This document shows, piece by piece, positions 1 through 8,157 of a DNA stretch of 41,733 bases. Numbering within the stretch: the stretch's first letter is position 1; each line of letters starts with the position of its first letter. Source of the stretch: a virus (taxonomy: Duplodnaviria; Caudoviricetes); IMG/VR virus record IMGVR_UViG_3300033406_000016, positions 1 to 41,733 of that record; one strand, given 5' to 3'. A model generated the notes under the pieces. That model was not told the DNA's origin. It did not search any database and was given only the letters and a program-made list of their open reading frames with translations. Made by a program: the position numbers and the translations under genes.

Positions 1-133
1 CACTGAGCTTCGTTCCGTCGAGCAGTTCAACAAGTTGCTGGCTCAGTTCGACAAGGGGAGTAGCGTTACCTTGCTGGTCCGGCGCGGTGAAATGCAGACT
101 TTTGTCACAATCAAGGGTTTAAATGGCAATTAG
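1..133 (+). CDS. 3' end of host DegP/DegQ (MucD-like) serine protease, PDZ domain (partial)
   Basis: Frame from nt 2 reads TELRSVEQFNKLLAQFDKGSSVTLLVRRGEMQTFVTIKGLNGN*; the V.LLVRRG ending is typical of DegP/MucD PDZ2. Confidence 0.75.
   Translation, partial: TELRSVEQFNKLLAQFDKGSSVTLLVRRGEMQTFVTIKGLNGN
110..133 (+). repeat. attL
   Basis: ATCAAGGGTTTAAATGGCAATTAG, an imperfect direct repeat of 41599-41622 with identical core TTAAATGG. Confidence 0.85.
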
Positions 134-154
134 GCATGTAATGCCTGTATCAAG

Positions 155-182
155 ACGGGGGCAAATTGCTCCCGTTTTTTTT
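155..182 (+). terminator. Rho-independent terminator just after the degP stop (phage-derived)
   Basis: ACGGGGGCAA-A-TTGCTCCCGT hairpin followed by a T run. Confidence 0.75.
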
Positions 183-268
183 GGCGTGCGGCTTGTGCTG
201 CTTGGCCTTTAGCGAATTTCTGTTGAAGCTGTATCATTCCGGCGCGAATCTAACTGCGAGCAGAAAAA

Positions 269-324
269 GGGAATCCGGGGGGAATGCCCACTGTTATCGC
301 TGGTTCGCCGGTTTAAAGGGGAAT
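269..324 (+). promoter_or_regulatory. Putative integrase arm-type sites (GGG(GG)AAT repeats)
   Basis: GGGAAT at 269, GGGGGGAAT at 277, GGGGAAT at 318; the same motif recurs near attR at 41527 and 41540. Confidence 0.45.
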
Positions 325-1558
325 GGATATGGCTGGCTACAAGCTTTCAGCCTCGATCCTGAATCGCAAGCGTGCGCCGGGTAAGGTTTCTGATGGGCTG
401 GCCCTGTCGTTCATCCGGAACAAGGACGGCAGCCTAACCGCCTGGCAAAGAATCGCCGGCAAGGATGTCAGGGTAACGACCATCGTCGGTGACATCACCC
501 AGGATCAACTGGCCAGCATCCGTGCTGATGCCTATCAGCTAAAGGTCGCGGCCGCTGGCAATGCCCCTTGCAGGCCGATGACCTTCTCGGAAGCCTGGGA
601 CGCCTTTCTCAAGCAGATGGCCAGCTCGCCGAATTCAAAGTGGAATGCCCGAACCTTGAAGCAATGCGAGGCGAGGATGCTTAACCACATAGCGCCGACG
701 CCAATGTGGTCAATGCCAGTGATCGAAATCACCTCAACAGTGATTCGTGATTCGCTGGACACTGTGCGGCGCGATCAGCCGAAGCTGGCACCAAAAGTAT
801 TGATGTTGATCGGGCAGGTCCTGTCGTTCGTCAGCAGCAAAGAGGGCTTGGCCAGTAACCAGGCTCGTTTGCTCAAGGCCGAACTCCGGTCAGTCGAAAA
901 GCCGGTGACCTTCACCAAGCTACCTGCAGTCACGGATCTGGCTGGGCTCGGGCGCCTGTTCTCGGCGATCGAGAACTCCAGCCTTTACATCACCACCCGG
1001 ATTGCGTTGCTGCTGCAGGCCTACACCGCGCAGCGGTCGGGCGAGGTTGCCGGCACACGGCGCGATGAATTCAAGTTCCTGGAAGACGGCGGGGTGATCT
1101 GGACTATTCCGCGCAGTCGAATGAAGGTCAGTGATTGGGGCCTCAAGCCCTACGACCAGGTGCTGGTTTTGCCGGCTGCCGTCGGCAATCTGATCAAGCG
1201 GCTGCCGACGGATACGGAATACTTATTCACGCCCCGCCATGGCGACGCCAAGCACATCACCGTTGAAGCTTTCAGCATGGCCTTCCAGCGCCTCGGGTTT
1301 CGTGGTGTTGCCGTTCCCCATGGCTGGCGCAGTTCCCTGAAGACGATGGCCGAGGATGCGGCCGATGCCGATGATCGGCCGCTGTTTTCCTCGCTGTGGG
1401 TCGAGGGTGTCCTTGACCATTCCCCGCGTGGTGTGTCTGCGCACTACCAGCGCGGGAAGCTTGAACAAGGCATGGCCAGAGTGCTGGCCTGGTGGGCGCA
1501 GCAGATCGATCTGGCCATCACTACGCACCGGAACCTTCAGAGTCCGCCGGCGCCATGA
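323..1558 (+). CDS. int: Tyrosine recombinase / P4-like phage integrase
   Basis: Catalytic motifs QRSGE (R), RMK (K), HGWR (HxxR), LDH and HY; adjacent to attL. Confidence 0.92.
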   Translation: MDMAGYKLSASILNRKRAPGKVSDGLALSFIRNKDGSLTAWQRIAGKDVRVTTIVGDITQDQLASIRADAYQLKVAAAGNAPCRPMTFSEAWDAFLKQMASSPNSKWNARTLKQCEARMLNHIAPTPMWSMPVIEITSTVIRDSLDTVRRDQPKLAPKVLMLIGQVLSFVSSKEGLASNQARLLKAELRSVEKPVTFTKLPAVTDLAGLGRLFSAIENSSLYITTRIALLLQAYTAQRSGEVAGTRRDEFKFLEDGGVIWTIPRSRMKVSDWGLKPYDQVLVLPAAVGNLIKRLPTDTEYLFTPRHGDAKHITVEAFSMAFQRLGFRGVAVPHGWRSSLKTMAEDAADADDRPLFSSLWVEGVLDHSPRGVSAHYQRGKLEQGMARVLAWWAQQIDLAITTHRNLQSPPAP

Positions 1559-1784
1559 AGCCGGTTCGCGCCGCTTCTTCCAGATAGGTAGCCACCGCCT
1601 CTACGCTGTGCAGCGCCTTCGCCCCATTGCCGCCGATCAGCGGCTTTGGAAAGCGCGGATCCTTGGTCAAAACGCTCCAATACAGGCGCTCGGATATTGG
1701 TTTGATGTAGGCCAGCAGCTGCTTGGTGTCCATGATTGCCGTCTGCTGGATAGGCTGGCCGGCGTTGATCGGTCTATTGCTCAT
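1521..1784 (-). CDS. AlpA/Xis-like excisionase
   Basis: MSNRP...DPRFPKPL...VEAVATYL winged-HTH pattern, convergent with int; start chosen at ATG 1784. Confidence 0.6.
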   Translation of the reverse strand: MSNRPINAGQPIQQTAIMDTKQLLAYIKPISERLYWSVLTKDPRFPKPLIGGNGAKALHSVEAVATYLEEAARTGFMAPADSEGSGA

Positions 1785-2014
1785 CACTTTCTCTCGTTCA
1801 AATTGCAGTTTTTCACAGCCCGCCAGCCGTCGATCAGGCCTTCGGCGTGAAGAGCGCGGATCATCGGCAGCAGCTCGGGCATGTGTTCCAGGATGAATTG
1901 CTTGTTCTCCGCCACCTGGGCGTCGTCGGCCGGCGTCAGCGCTTTTTTCGCTGCAGGCGACGTTGACCGCACCGATTGCGCGGTGCGGCCTTTCTGGGCG
2001 GCGTAGGAGGTCAT
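1784..2014 (-). CDS. Small phage hypothetical protein
   Basis: 76-aa ORF whose start and stop abut both neighbours. Confidence 0.6.
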   Translation of the reverse strand: MTSYAAQKGRTAQSVRSTSPAAKKALTPADDAQVAENKQFILEHMPELLPMIRALHAEGLIDGWRAVKNCNLNERK

Positions 2015-3210
2015 TCACACAACCCATATGCCGACGAGCAGACATCACCGTCGATCAAATCGGCCAGCATGTCGCGTTGGCGGCCGCCTCGGCCAGTCCT
2101 CGACCACTCAATCACGGCCTCTACTCGGTTGGCGAAATGGATGCGCCTGTCGGATGACTTTTTGCCGTGCAGTTCCTTGTTGAAGAACGTCGAAAATCCA
2201 CGTTTCGAACACAGTGAAACACGCGTCTCCAAGATCGATTTTTCCTCAAGGCACCCAGGAAACCGCGCATTGATCTGTAACAGCTTGTCCTTGCCGACGT
2301 TGATGCACGGCATGCACCCGACCCGGCCCATTCCCTGACGATACAGCGGGTTCGGCTGGATGCCGCACTCCGCCGCCAGGTGGAAAACCTGTGCGGCCGA
2401 CCACTCGACCAAGGGGCGGAAAGCCCACAAGCTGGGGCCGAGACGCTCGATCTTCTTGGCGTGGCGACGATTCTCAGATTCATCCCGGCGGACACCCTGC
2501 CAGCTGACCACCTGGTGGCCGGCGTCGATCAGGTCGATCTGGTAGCGCACGGCCATGTTCCGCTTCAGTTCTTCAGTGCAGAACTGCGCCTTGCGGGACG
2601 GGAACCGACCCTTCCAGATGCACAGATCGAGGAACGGATTCCCGGTTGAATACAGCGCGCCCAGGGCGCGGCGCTTCGCCGTGTTGCTCCAGCGCCGACG
2701 CCGTCCACCGCCGACTTTCTTGGTTTTCTGCACCGGCTCGTCGACGTACTGGCCAGCGCGCCGGACGCGGCGCATCACGATATTGCCGCGCCCATCACGC
2801 TTCAGCACCGGGGTTTTGCCATCAGCCTCGAAAACAGGAACCGTGTCGTAGTCTCTGCCAACGCGCTGGTCGCGAGCAACAAAACGGCGCTTTGCGGCGA
2901 TTTCCTCAGAAAAGTCGGCAACAAGGCGGTCAATCTGGATATCAAGTGCCTGTTCCATGTATGCCAGGTACTCATAGACGGCCCGATGTTCGTTGCCGGT
3001 GTCGCAGAAGATGAAGCGCAAGTTGATGCGGTCAACACGCCGCAAGGCAAGCAAAGCGGTCGCGAGACTGTCTTTACCGCTGGAAACACTGACGACGTGG
3101 TAACGGATGGCCGGGGCGGTGATTTTTTCTTGAAGTTGACCGCGCGTTGATGTCGTGACCAGAGAATCAGCAACGGCCTGTCGCCTTTCTGGCGTAAATA
3201 CCTTACCCAC
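2011..3210 (-). CDS. PAPS-reductase family (PP-loop, DndC-related) protein
   Basis: SSGKDS PP-loop, DTG, FCTEELK, GVRRDES, RVGCMPC and C-terminal CSSAYGLCE. Confidence 0.85.
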   Translation of the reverse strand: MGKVFTPERRQAVADSLVTTSTRGQLQEKITAPAIRYHVVSVSSGKDSLATALLALRRVDRINLRFIFCDTGNEHRAVYEYLAYMEQALDIQIDRLVADFSEEIAAKRRFVARDQRVGRDYDTVPVFEADGKTPVLKRDGRGNIVMRRVRRAGQYVDEPVQKTKKVGGGRRRRWSNTAKRRALGALYSTGNPFLDLCIWKGRFPSRKAQFCTEELKRNMAVRYQIDLIDAGHQVVSWQGVRRDESENRRHAKKIERLGPSLWAFRPLVEWSAAQVFHLAAECGIQPNPLYRQGMGRVGCMPCINVGKDKLLQINARFPGCLEEKSILETRVSLCSKRGFSTFFNKELHGKKSSDRRIHFANRVEAVIEWSRTGRGGRQRDMLADLIDGDVCSSAYGLCE

Positions 3211-3442
3211 GGCAGACCACCTTTCTGGAGTATTTCACCATGATCACCATCAGTCTCTCTGCCGCCCAATCTGTTGAGGCGTACATGCCTCTTGGACCAG
3301 CGCCTCGCTTCGAAGCGAAGGAAAAGGCTCTGCAATGGATTTCCGACAACGAATAAGGCCTAGTCGTCTTCGAAGTTGGAGTCCGCGAAGTCCTCGATCG
3401 CATCATTGCGGCATAAGTATTAGTGAGCATCCCGGAGGTCAT
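3203..3442 (-). CDS. Small hypothetical protein
   Basis: 79-aa ORF that fills the operon gap and overlaps both neighbours. Confidence 0.45.
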   Translation of the reverse strand: MTSGMLTNTYAAMMRSRTSRTPTSKTTRPYSLSEIHCRAFSFASKRGAGPRGMYASTDWAAERLMVIMVKYSRKVVCRG

Positions 3443-3828
3443 GGTTTGATCTCCGGGACATTGAAGAATCCGAGGCGGCCTTTATAGGGCATGAATGGCA
3501 TGGGCTTCGGGTTACGGAGGACAAAGCCGAAGTCGCCGACGAACCATGGCGATTCCGAGTGGTCGGTGCAATCGACAATTTCGACGGAGCCGATGATGCC
3601 GCCGCGCTCGAATTGATCGATCGAGGGAAGATCGGCGGCGAGCCGGTCAATGCCACAGTCGACCATGAAATCGATGGCATTTTCGTATTCAGACTTGGCG
3701 CAGCTCTTTGAGGCGTGAATCAGGACGCGCCCGCGAAAGTTGGTGCGCCAGTCGCGGTTCTCGATGTCCTTGCCGGCGTTCAGGATGAGCCAGGCCCAAG
3801 GCTGGCGGATTGAAAGACAAGCGCTCAT
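3439..3828 (-). CDS. ASCH domain protein
   Basis: LSIRQPWAWLI..GKDIENR.W.TNFRG..LIHAS and GGIIG.VEIVDC signature. Confidence 0.92.
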   Translation of the reverse strand: MSACLSIRQPWAWLILNAGKDIENRDWRTNFRGRVLIHASKSCAKSEYENAIDFMVDCGIDRLAADLPSIDQFERGGIIGSVEIVDCTDHSESPWFVGDFGFVLRNPKPMPFMPYKGRLGFFNVPEIKP

Positions 3829-4271
3829 GTGGCACCGCCCTTCGCGTTGGCAATTGCGGCGCGGGCTGCGTCACCAATTGAGCATTCGCAGCCAGAAAGC
3901 TGTTCGTGCTGCTCCATGACGTGAAGCATGTCTTGAAGTGCCTCCAGTAGTTCGTCGCGGTGCTCAGCGATCTTGATGTGGTACGGATGGACCTCAATGG
4001 TGGCTGCATCCGGGTCGATGCACTTGTTTTGCGGATCGCAGACGACCGCCATCCCCCAGATGACCCGAAAGATAGATCCTTGGTTAAGCAGGCGTTTCAA
4101 ACCGTCGACCAGGCGGCCGTATTGTTCCCGGTCGGATGTGTCGAGCCATTCGCCGGACTCAGGATCTTCGGAGAGTTCATCCGGCATGTATCCGCGTTCT
4201 ATGGCGTCGAGATAGTTGGCGAGTTTTACCGCCATGTTCAAATCGGCCTTAGAGGCTTTGGCCATCTTCAT
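3825..4271 (-). CDS. Phage hypothetical protein
   Basis: MKMAKASKAD start overlapping the MTase stop (ATGA); C-terminal RDELLEAL...ARAAIA.A motif common in phage early proteins. Confidence 0.65.
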   Translation of the reverse strand: MKMAKASKADLNMAVKLANYLDAIERGYMPDELSEDPESGEWLDTSDREQYGRLVDGLKRLLNQGSIFRVIWGMAVVCDPQNKCIDPDAATIEVHPYHIKIAEHRDELLEALQDMLHVMEQHEQLSGCECSIGDAARAAIANAKGGAT

Positions 4272-6088
4272 GCCGCACCCCCCTGCGCCACGCTCAGCGC
4301 CATCGCCACCGGCCGCACCCAGATGGGCATGGACGACAGCATGAAAGTCTCGCCAGACCACGCTAGCAGCAGCGTGACGCCCATGACGCCGGCGATGGCT
4401 TCGGCGGCGGCTGGCGGGACGGCGTTGCCGATGCGTTCGCGCCAGTCGCTGTCGCTGAGGCCGTCGAGTTCGAGGTGTTCTTCGGGATCGACCAGGCTTT
4501 GCAGGGCGGCGAGTTCGAGGGTGGTGAAGGGGCGGTGCCAGGTGCCGTCGAGGGCGCGGATGCGGGCGACGAGTTTGTCGGTTTGTTCCGGCATGCGCGG
4601 ATCGGCGACGGACCAGCGGCCGTTGTCGTGGCCGGCAGCGGCCGAGACGGCGCCGCTCGGGCTATCCCACGGGGTGACGCCGTAGTGGCCGGCGGTCAGG
4701 TAGTGGTCGCCCTTGGCGCGATCGAGGCCGGTGCGCGGGTCGGCGACGGCGTAGGCGCCCTGGCCGGTGGTACTGCCGGAAATTACCGCGCCTGATGGGT
4801 TTTCCCATGGGGTGACCAGATACTTGCCGAAGCCATCGCCTTCGCGGCGCGGGTCGGCGACGCATAGAGCACCGCCAGCAACATGAGATGCTCCGGTCAC
4901 AGATTTGCAATGCTCAGACCAATTTACGATGCGGTAGAGGTTCTGATGGGCATTTGATTTCAGCTGTGTGCGCGGGTCGGCCACCGAGAAACCGCCCTGA
5001 ATTGGGCTGCGCTGGCCGGTGATAGCGCCGGTCGGTTCGTCCCAGGCGCGGACGCCGAGCTGGCCGTATTCGCCGCCGGACGGGTAGCGCGGATCGGCAA
5101 CGGAGAAATTACCATTGCTCGGCGTTGACCGCCCGGCGATGGTGCCCATCGGCTCATCCCACTGATTGACGCCCAGGTAGCCGGCGCGGAATTCCGGCAC
5201 GATCAGGAAATCGCGCAGGTGGCCGTTGTCGACCGCCAGCTTGTTGAGGCTGCGCCAGTCGCTGCCGGCTTCGACGAAGGCCAGCCGCACCCACGTCTTC
5301 CACTGTAGGTTGGGCACGCGGTGCATGGGGCCGGCGGCGAGGTCACCGGGCAGCGGCATGCGGCCGAGGACGGTACCGACGCCCTGCAGGCGCTTCTTCT
5401 CCGGTTCGTAGAGGAAGGGCGGGACCTTCTCGATGTGGCGGGCGACGAGTAGGAATCGCTTGCGGCTTTCGGCCAGGCCGCCGAGTTCGCCGCAGTCGTG
5501 CGTGGTCTCGGCGACGGCGTAACCGTAGGCGCGCAGCAGGTCGTTGATCTGGTCGAGCAGGTGACGGCCCCGGGTGGCGATACGCGGCACGTTTTCGAAC
5601 AGGATCAGCTCGGGCGGATCCTCGGCGAAGGCTTCGAGCATCAGCCACATGCCACGCAGCGTCAGGCGGTTGAGCGCCTGGTATTTCGAGGTCTTGCTCT
5701 TGGTCTCGTTGAGCAGGCCGCTGAAACCCTTGCACGGCATGCTGGTGAAGACGATGTGCGGGAACTCATGGCCGGCGGCGGCGCGGATGTCCTCCGGCGT
5801 GGCTTCGCGCCAGCCGGCCGGCGGTTCCTTGCCGTGGAAGGCGATGTACTGGTCGCGGTCGAAGAGGTCGAGCGTCGTGGCCGGCACGCCGACCAGGCGC
5901 TGGAAATCGCGGTTTGCGGCAGCATCGACATCGACTGAGCCGAGGCAGCGGAACTTGGCGACCAGATTGCCGACGCGGGCCTTGCCGCGGTTGAAGCCCT
6001 TGGCGCCGCCACCGATGGCGCCGCACATGTGGAAGTGGAGGATTTCGCGGACTTCGGACGGGTTGATGGTAAATGGATCGCGGTTCAT
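4268..6088 (-). CDS. DNA (cytosine-5)-methyltransferase with repeated variable region
   Basis: Motif I-like CGAIGGG, IV PCKGFS, VI ENV, VIII SRKRF and X IGNAVPP; five VADPR-terminated repeats between VIII and IX. Confidence 0.9.
   Translation of the reverse strand: MNRDPFTINPSEVREILHFHMCGAIGGGAKGFNRGKARVGNLVAKFRCLGSVDVDAAANRDFQRLVGVPATTLDLFDRDQYIAFHGKEPPAGWREATPEDIRAAAGHEFPHIVFTSMPCKGFSGLLNETKSKTSKYQALNRLTLRGMWLMLEAFAEDPPELILFENVPRIATRGRHLLDQINDLLRAYGYAVAETTHDCGELGGLAESRKRFLLVARHIEKVPPFLYEPEKKRLQGVGTVLGRMPLPGDLAAGPMHRVPNLQWKTWVRLAFVEAGSDWRSLNKLAVDNGHLRDFLIVPEFRAGYLGVNQWDEPMGTIAGRSTPSNGNFSVADPRYPSGGEYGQLGVRAWDEPTGAITGQRSPIQGGFSVADPRTQLKSNAHQNLYRIVNWSEHCKSVTGASHVAGGALCVADPRREGDGFGKYLVTPWENPSGAVISGSTTGQGAYAVADPRTGLDRAKGDHYLTAGHYGVTPWDSPSGAVSAAAGHDNGRWSVADPRMPEQTDKLVARIRALDGTWHRPFTTLELAALQSLVDPEEHLELDGLSDSDWRERIGNAVPPAAAEAIAGVMGVTLLLAWSGETFMLSSMPIWVRPVAMALSVAQGGAA
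4596..5185 (-). repeat. Five tandem ~38-46 aa TRD-like modules in the MTase
   Basis: Junction CGCGGRTCGGCNAC (VADPR codons) at 4596, 4734, 4848, 4971 and 5088. Confidence 0.85.
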
Positions 6089-6259
6089 CTATTTCACCAT
6101 CGGAATAATGTTGATTACGTTGCCTTCACGCGGGATATTGAAGGCTTCTACGGTAAGGATCGGGCACCACTGCACATCGGTTGCCGTCTCGACTTCGATA
6201 TAAGCCGGCTGATTTGCCGGGAACGCCTGCAGGCGTTCAATAAGTTCTGCATTGGTCAT
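6089..6259 (-). CDS. Small hypothetical protein (56 aa, not in ORF track)
   Basis: MTNAELIERLQAFPANQPAYIEVET...; ATGA overlap with the upstream gene, stop abuts the MTase start. Confidence 0.65.
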   Translation of the reverse strand: MTNAELIERLQAFPANQPAYIEVETATDVQWCPILTVEAFNIPREGNVINIIPMVK

Positions 6260-6453
6260 TGTTTCCGAGCCTCCCTTACACGCATCATTTCGTCGGCGAT
6301 TTCAGCCGCAGCGGATACGCCAGATACCTTGCCGCGATGCAACGTCGCGGCGCAGGCTGCCTTGAAGTAGCCGTCCCACATCGTTTCGCGCAGCGCACGG
6401 TTTTCGTTCTCGAGGCCTCGCACCTTGGCTGTGAGGAAATCGATATCACTCAT
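6256..6453 (-). CDS. Small hypothetical protein
   Basis: MSDIDFLTAKVRGLENEN... 65 aa with ATGA coupling. Confidence 0.6.
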   Translation of the reverse strand: MSDIDFLTAKVRGLENENRALRETMWDGYFKAACAATLHRGKVSGVSAAAEIADEMMRVREARKQ

Positions 6454-6923
6454 GCAGCCTCCCGCAAGCCCAAGGCTTCGATTTCGATGTCGATGAACTC
6501 TTCGTTGGTGGCGGCCTTGCGGACGGCTACCGGGCAGGCCATGAAGATGGCGCGGCAGCGCTCGATCAGGGCTGCGGCGCGGTCGATGTCGGCGACGTCG
6601 ATCAGGATGCCGGCTTCGATGCGCTTGGCCAGGCGGCGCAACTGGCTGAGATCGAGCGGGATATCGAGGCGGCGGGCGATGCGTTCCATGCAACTTGTCC
6701 AGCCGAGCAGCGAAGGCACGATCTCGCCATAACTGCCGTCGTGGTCGAGCATGAGCGGCGTCGGGCCATGGAAGGCGACTTCGCCGGCGTAGAGATCGGC
6801 GAGCAACTGGTCGAGCGGCCCGAAGGCCTTGGCCATGTCGAAGACCGACGAGGTGGAAGGAAGCATCGGGAAGGCGGCGGCGATGCCACTGTCGACCGGG
6901 CGACGGGCGAGGTTAATTGACAT
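6450..6923 (-). CDS. Phage hypothetical protein
   Basis: MSINLARRP... 157 aa, packed in the operon. Confidence 0.65.
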   Translation of the reverse strand: MSINLARRPVDSGIAAAFPMLPSTSSVFDMAKAFGPLDQLLADLYAGEVAFHGPTPLMLDHDGSYGEIVPSLLGWTSCMERIARRLDIPLDLSQLRRLAKRIEAGILIDVADIDRAAALIERCRAIFMACPVAVRKAATNEEFIDIEIEALGLREAA

Positions 6924-7317
6924 GGCGGGTGCTCCGGACGGTTTGGTCAGGGCCGGTGGCGAGATCGACTCCGAACCAGTTCTCGGACGGGGCATCGTCG
7001 GCAATGGTGGTGATGCCGAGCCGGATACCTTCGATCAACGAGGCGGCCATGGTCAACGGCTTGTAGTCCGGGTGGTCGCGTTCCTCGAATCCATCGGCAA
7101 GTTGCTCAATGTCGATGACCAGCCGCTCGACGTTGATGCCGGCGACCTGAGCGGTATTGGTGAAGCCATGGCGGATGCCGGCGAGGATGAAGGCTGCCCG
7201 GGCGATGGTGAGCCAGCAGGGGAGACGTTTCGCCTCAAGGCGGTCACCAATGGTCTGGAGTTCGGTAACCAGGGCGTCGACTTTGGCGGTGGGGACGGGG
7301 GAGCATTTGCGGGACAT
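6913..7317 (-). CDS. Phage hypothetical protein
   Basis: MSRKCSPVP... 134 aa after a GGAGG RBS. Confidence 0.6.
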   Translation of the reverse strand: MSRKCSPVPTAKVDALVTELQTIGDRLEAKRLPCWLTIARAAFILAGIRHGFTNTAQVAGINVERLVIDIEQLADGFEERDHPDYKPLTMAASLIEGIRLGITTIADDAPSENWFGVDLATGPDQTVRSTRHVN

Positions 7318-7319
7318 GA

Positions 7320-7493
7320 TCAGCCCTCCAGTTCGATGATGACGGCAGTGCCGTAGGCCGGCGAGGTGGCCGGATCGACGCCGGCGATGGCGACGAGAAT
7401 CGGGTTGCCGCTTTCCGGATCGGTGACCTGGACGTAGGGGGTCGAGTTTCCCGGTTGCTTCTGAAGCAGGGCGATGAGGTCGCGGGTTTTCAT
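7320..7493 (-). CDS. Small hypothetical protein
   Basis: MKTRDLIALLQKQPGN... 57 aa with ATGA coupling. Confidence 0.6.
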   Translation of the reverse strand: MKTRDLIALLQKQPGNSTPYVQVTDPESGNPILVAIAGVDPATSPAYGTAVIIELEG

Positions 7494-7708
7494 GCGGCAC
7501 CGCCTTCCTGTTGTTTCGCTGCTTCGCGGGCGCTCAGCTTGGCGTCGCGCTCCTTCATCATTTCCATGGCCTTGGCCCGCTCTGCGGCGGACAGAGTCCC
7601 GAAAATTTCGACAGCGCCTCCGATTCTGCTGCCTTCGAATTCCATCGTTAGGGCAGGCGTCCAGACTTTGCACTTGACCCAGTTCGTATGCTTTACCCGT
7701 GCCATCAC
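7490..7708 (-). CDS. Small hypothetical protein
   Basis: 72 aa, packed in the operon. Confidence 0.6.
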   Translation of the reverse strand: MMARVKHTNWVKCKVWTPALTMEFEGSRIGGAVEIFGTLSAAERAKAMEMMKERDAKLSAREAAKQQEGGAA

Positions 7709-8157
7709 GCGGCCCTCGCTTTCTTCTCAAGCTTCCAGTCCTTAATGAAGCGCTCGAACAGCGCGTTGCCGTTCTTGAAGAACTGGTGCGGTTCGCGGTG
7801 GGTTTCCTGACAGAGGCGGATGCAGTTCATGGCGTGCTCGAAGTTGCCCTGGTCGAGCCGCTTCAGGTCGGAGACGTCGAACTTGACGCGGGTGCCGTTG
7901 TACATGCTGGCCAGCAGGGTGGCGAAGACGCGGGCGCCGCTGGTGTCGTGGTTCAGAGCCCAGTTCAGCGCCACTTCGAGGCTCTTGATGCACTCACTGA
8001 GTTTGGCGTTGCGCAGCGCCTGGGCTTTTTCCCAGGTATCGGAATACAGGTAGGCGATCAGCTTTTCTTGATCGTCGGCCGGAATGCTCACTTCCATCCG
8101 GATATAGCCCGGGCGGCTTGCTTTTTCCGGGAGCGGAATGATCTGGATCTCGCTCAT
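7705..8157 (-). CDS. Conserved phage hypothetical protein (DUF7673-like)
   Basis: DTSGARVFATLLASMYNG.RVKFDVSDLKRLD motif. Confidence 0.65.
   Translation of the reverse strand: MSEIQIIPLPEKASRPGYIRMEVSIPADDQEKLIAYLYSDTWEKAQALRNAKLSECIKSLEVALNWALNHDTSGARVFATLLASMYNGTRVKFDVSDLKRLDQGNFEHAMNCIRLCQETHREPHQFFKNGNALFERFIKDWKLEKKARAA

Noticed and set aside
110-133. tRNA/tmRNA integration target
   Set aside because: No cloverleaf or CCA end; the att site lies in protein-coding sequence
166-384. 72-aa ORF upstream of int
   Set aside because: TTG start inside a terminator, overlapping the arm sites and int, with no RBS
2011-3210. Auxiliary metabolic cysH gene
   Set aside because: It lacks the CC pair and ECGLH tail of true APS/PAPS reductases and sits among DNA-modification genes
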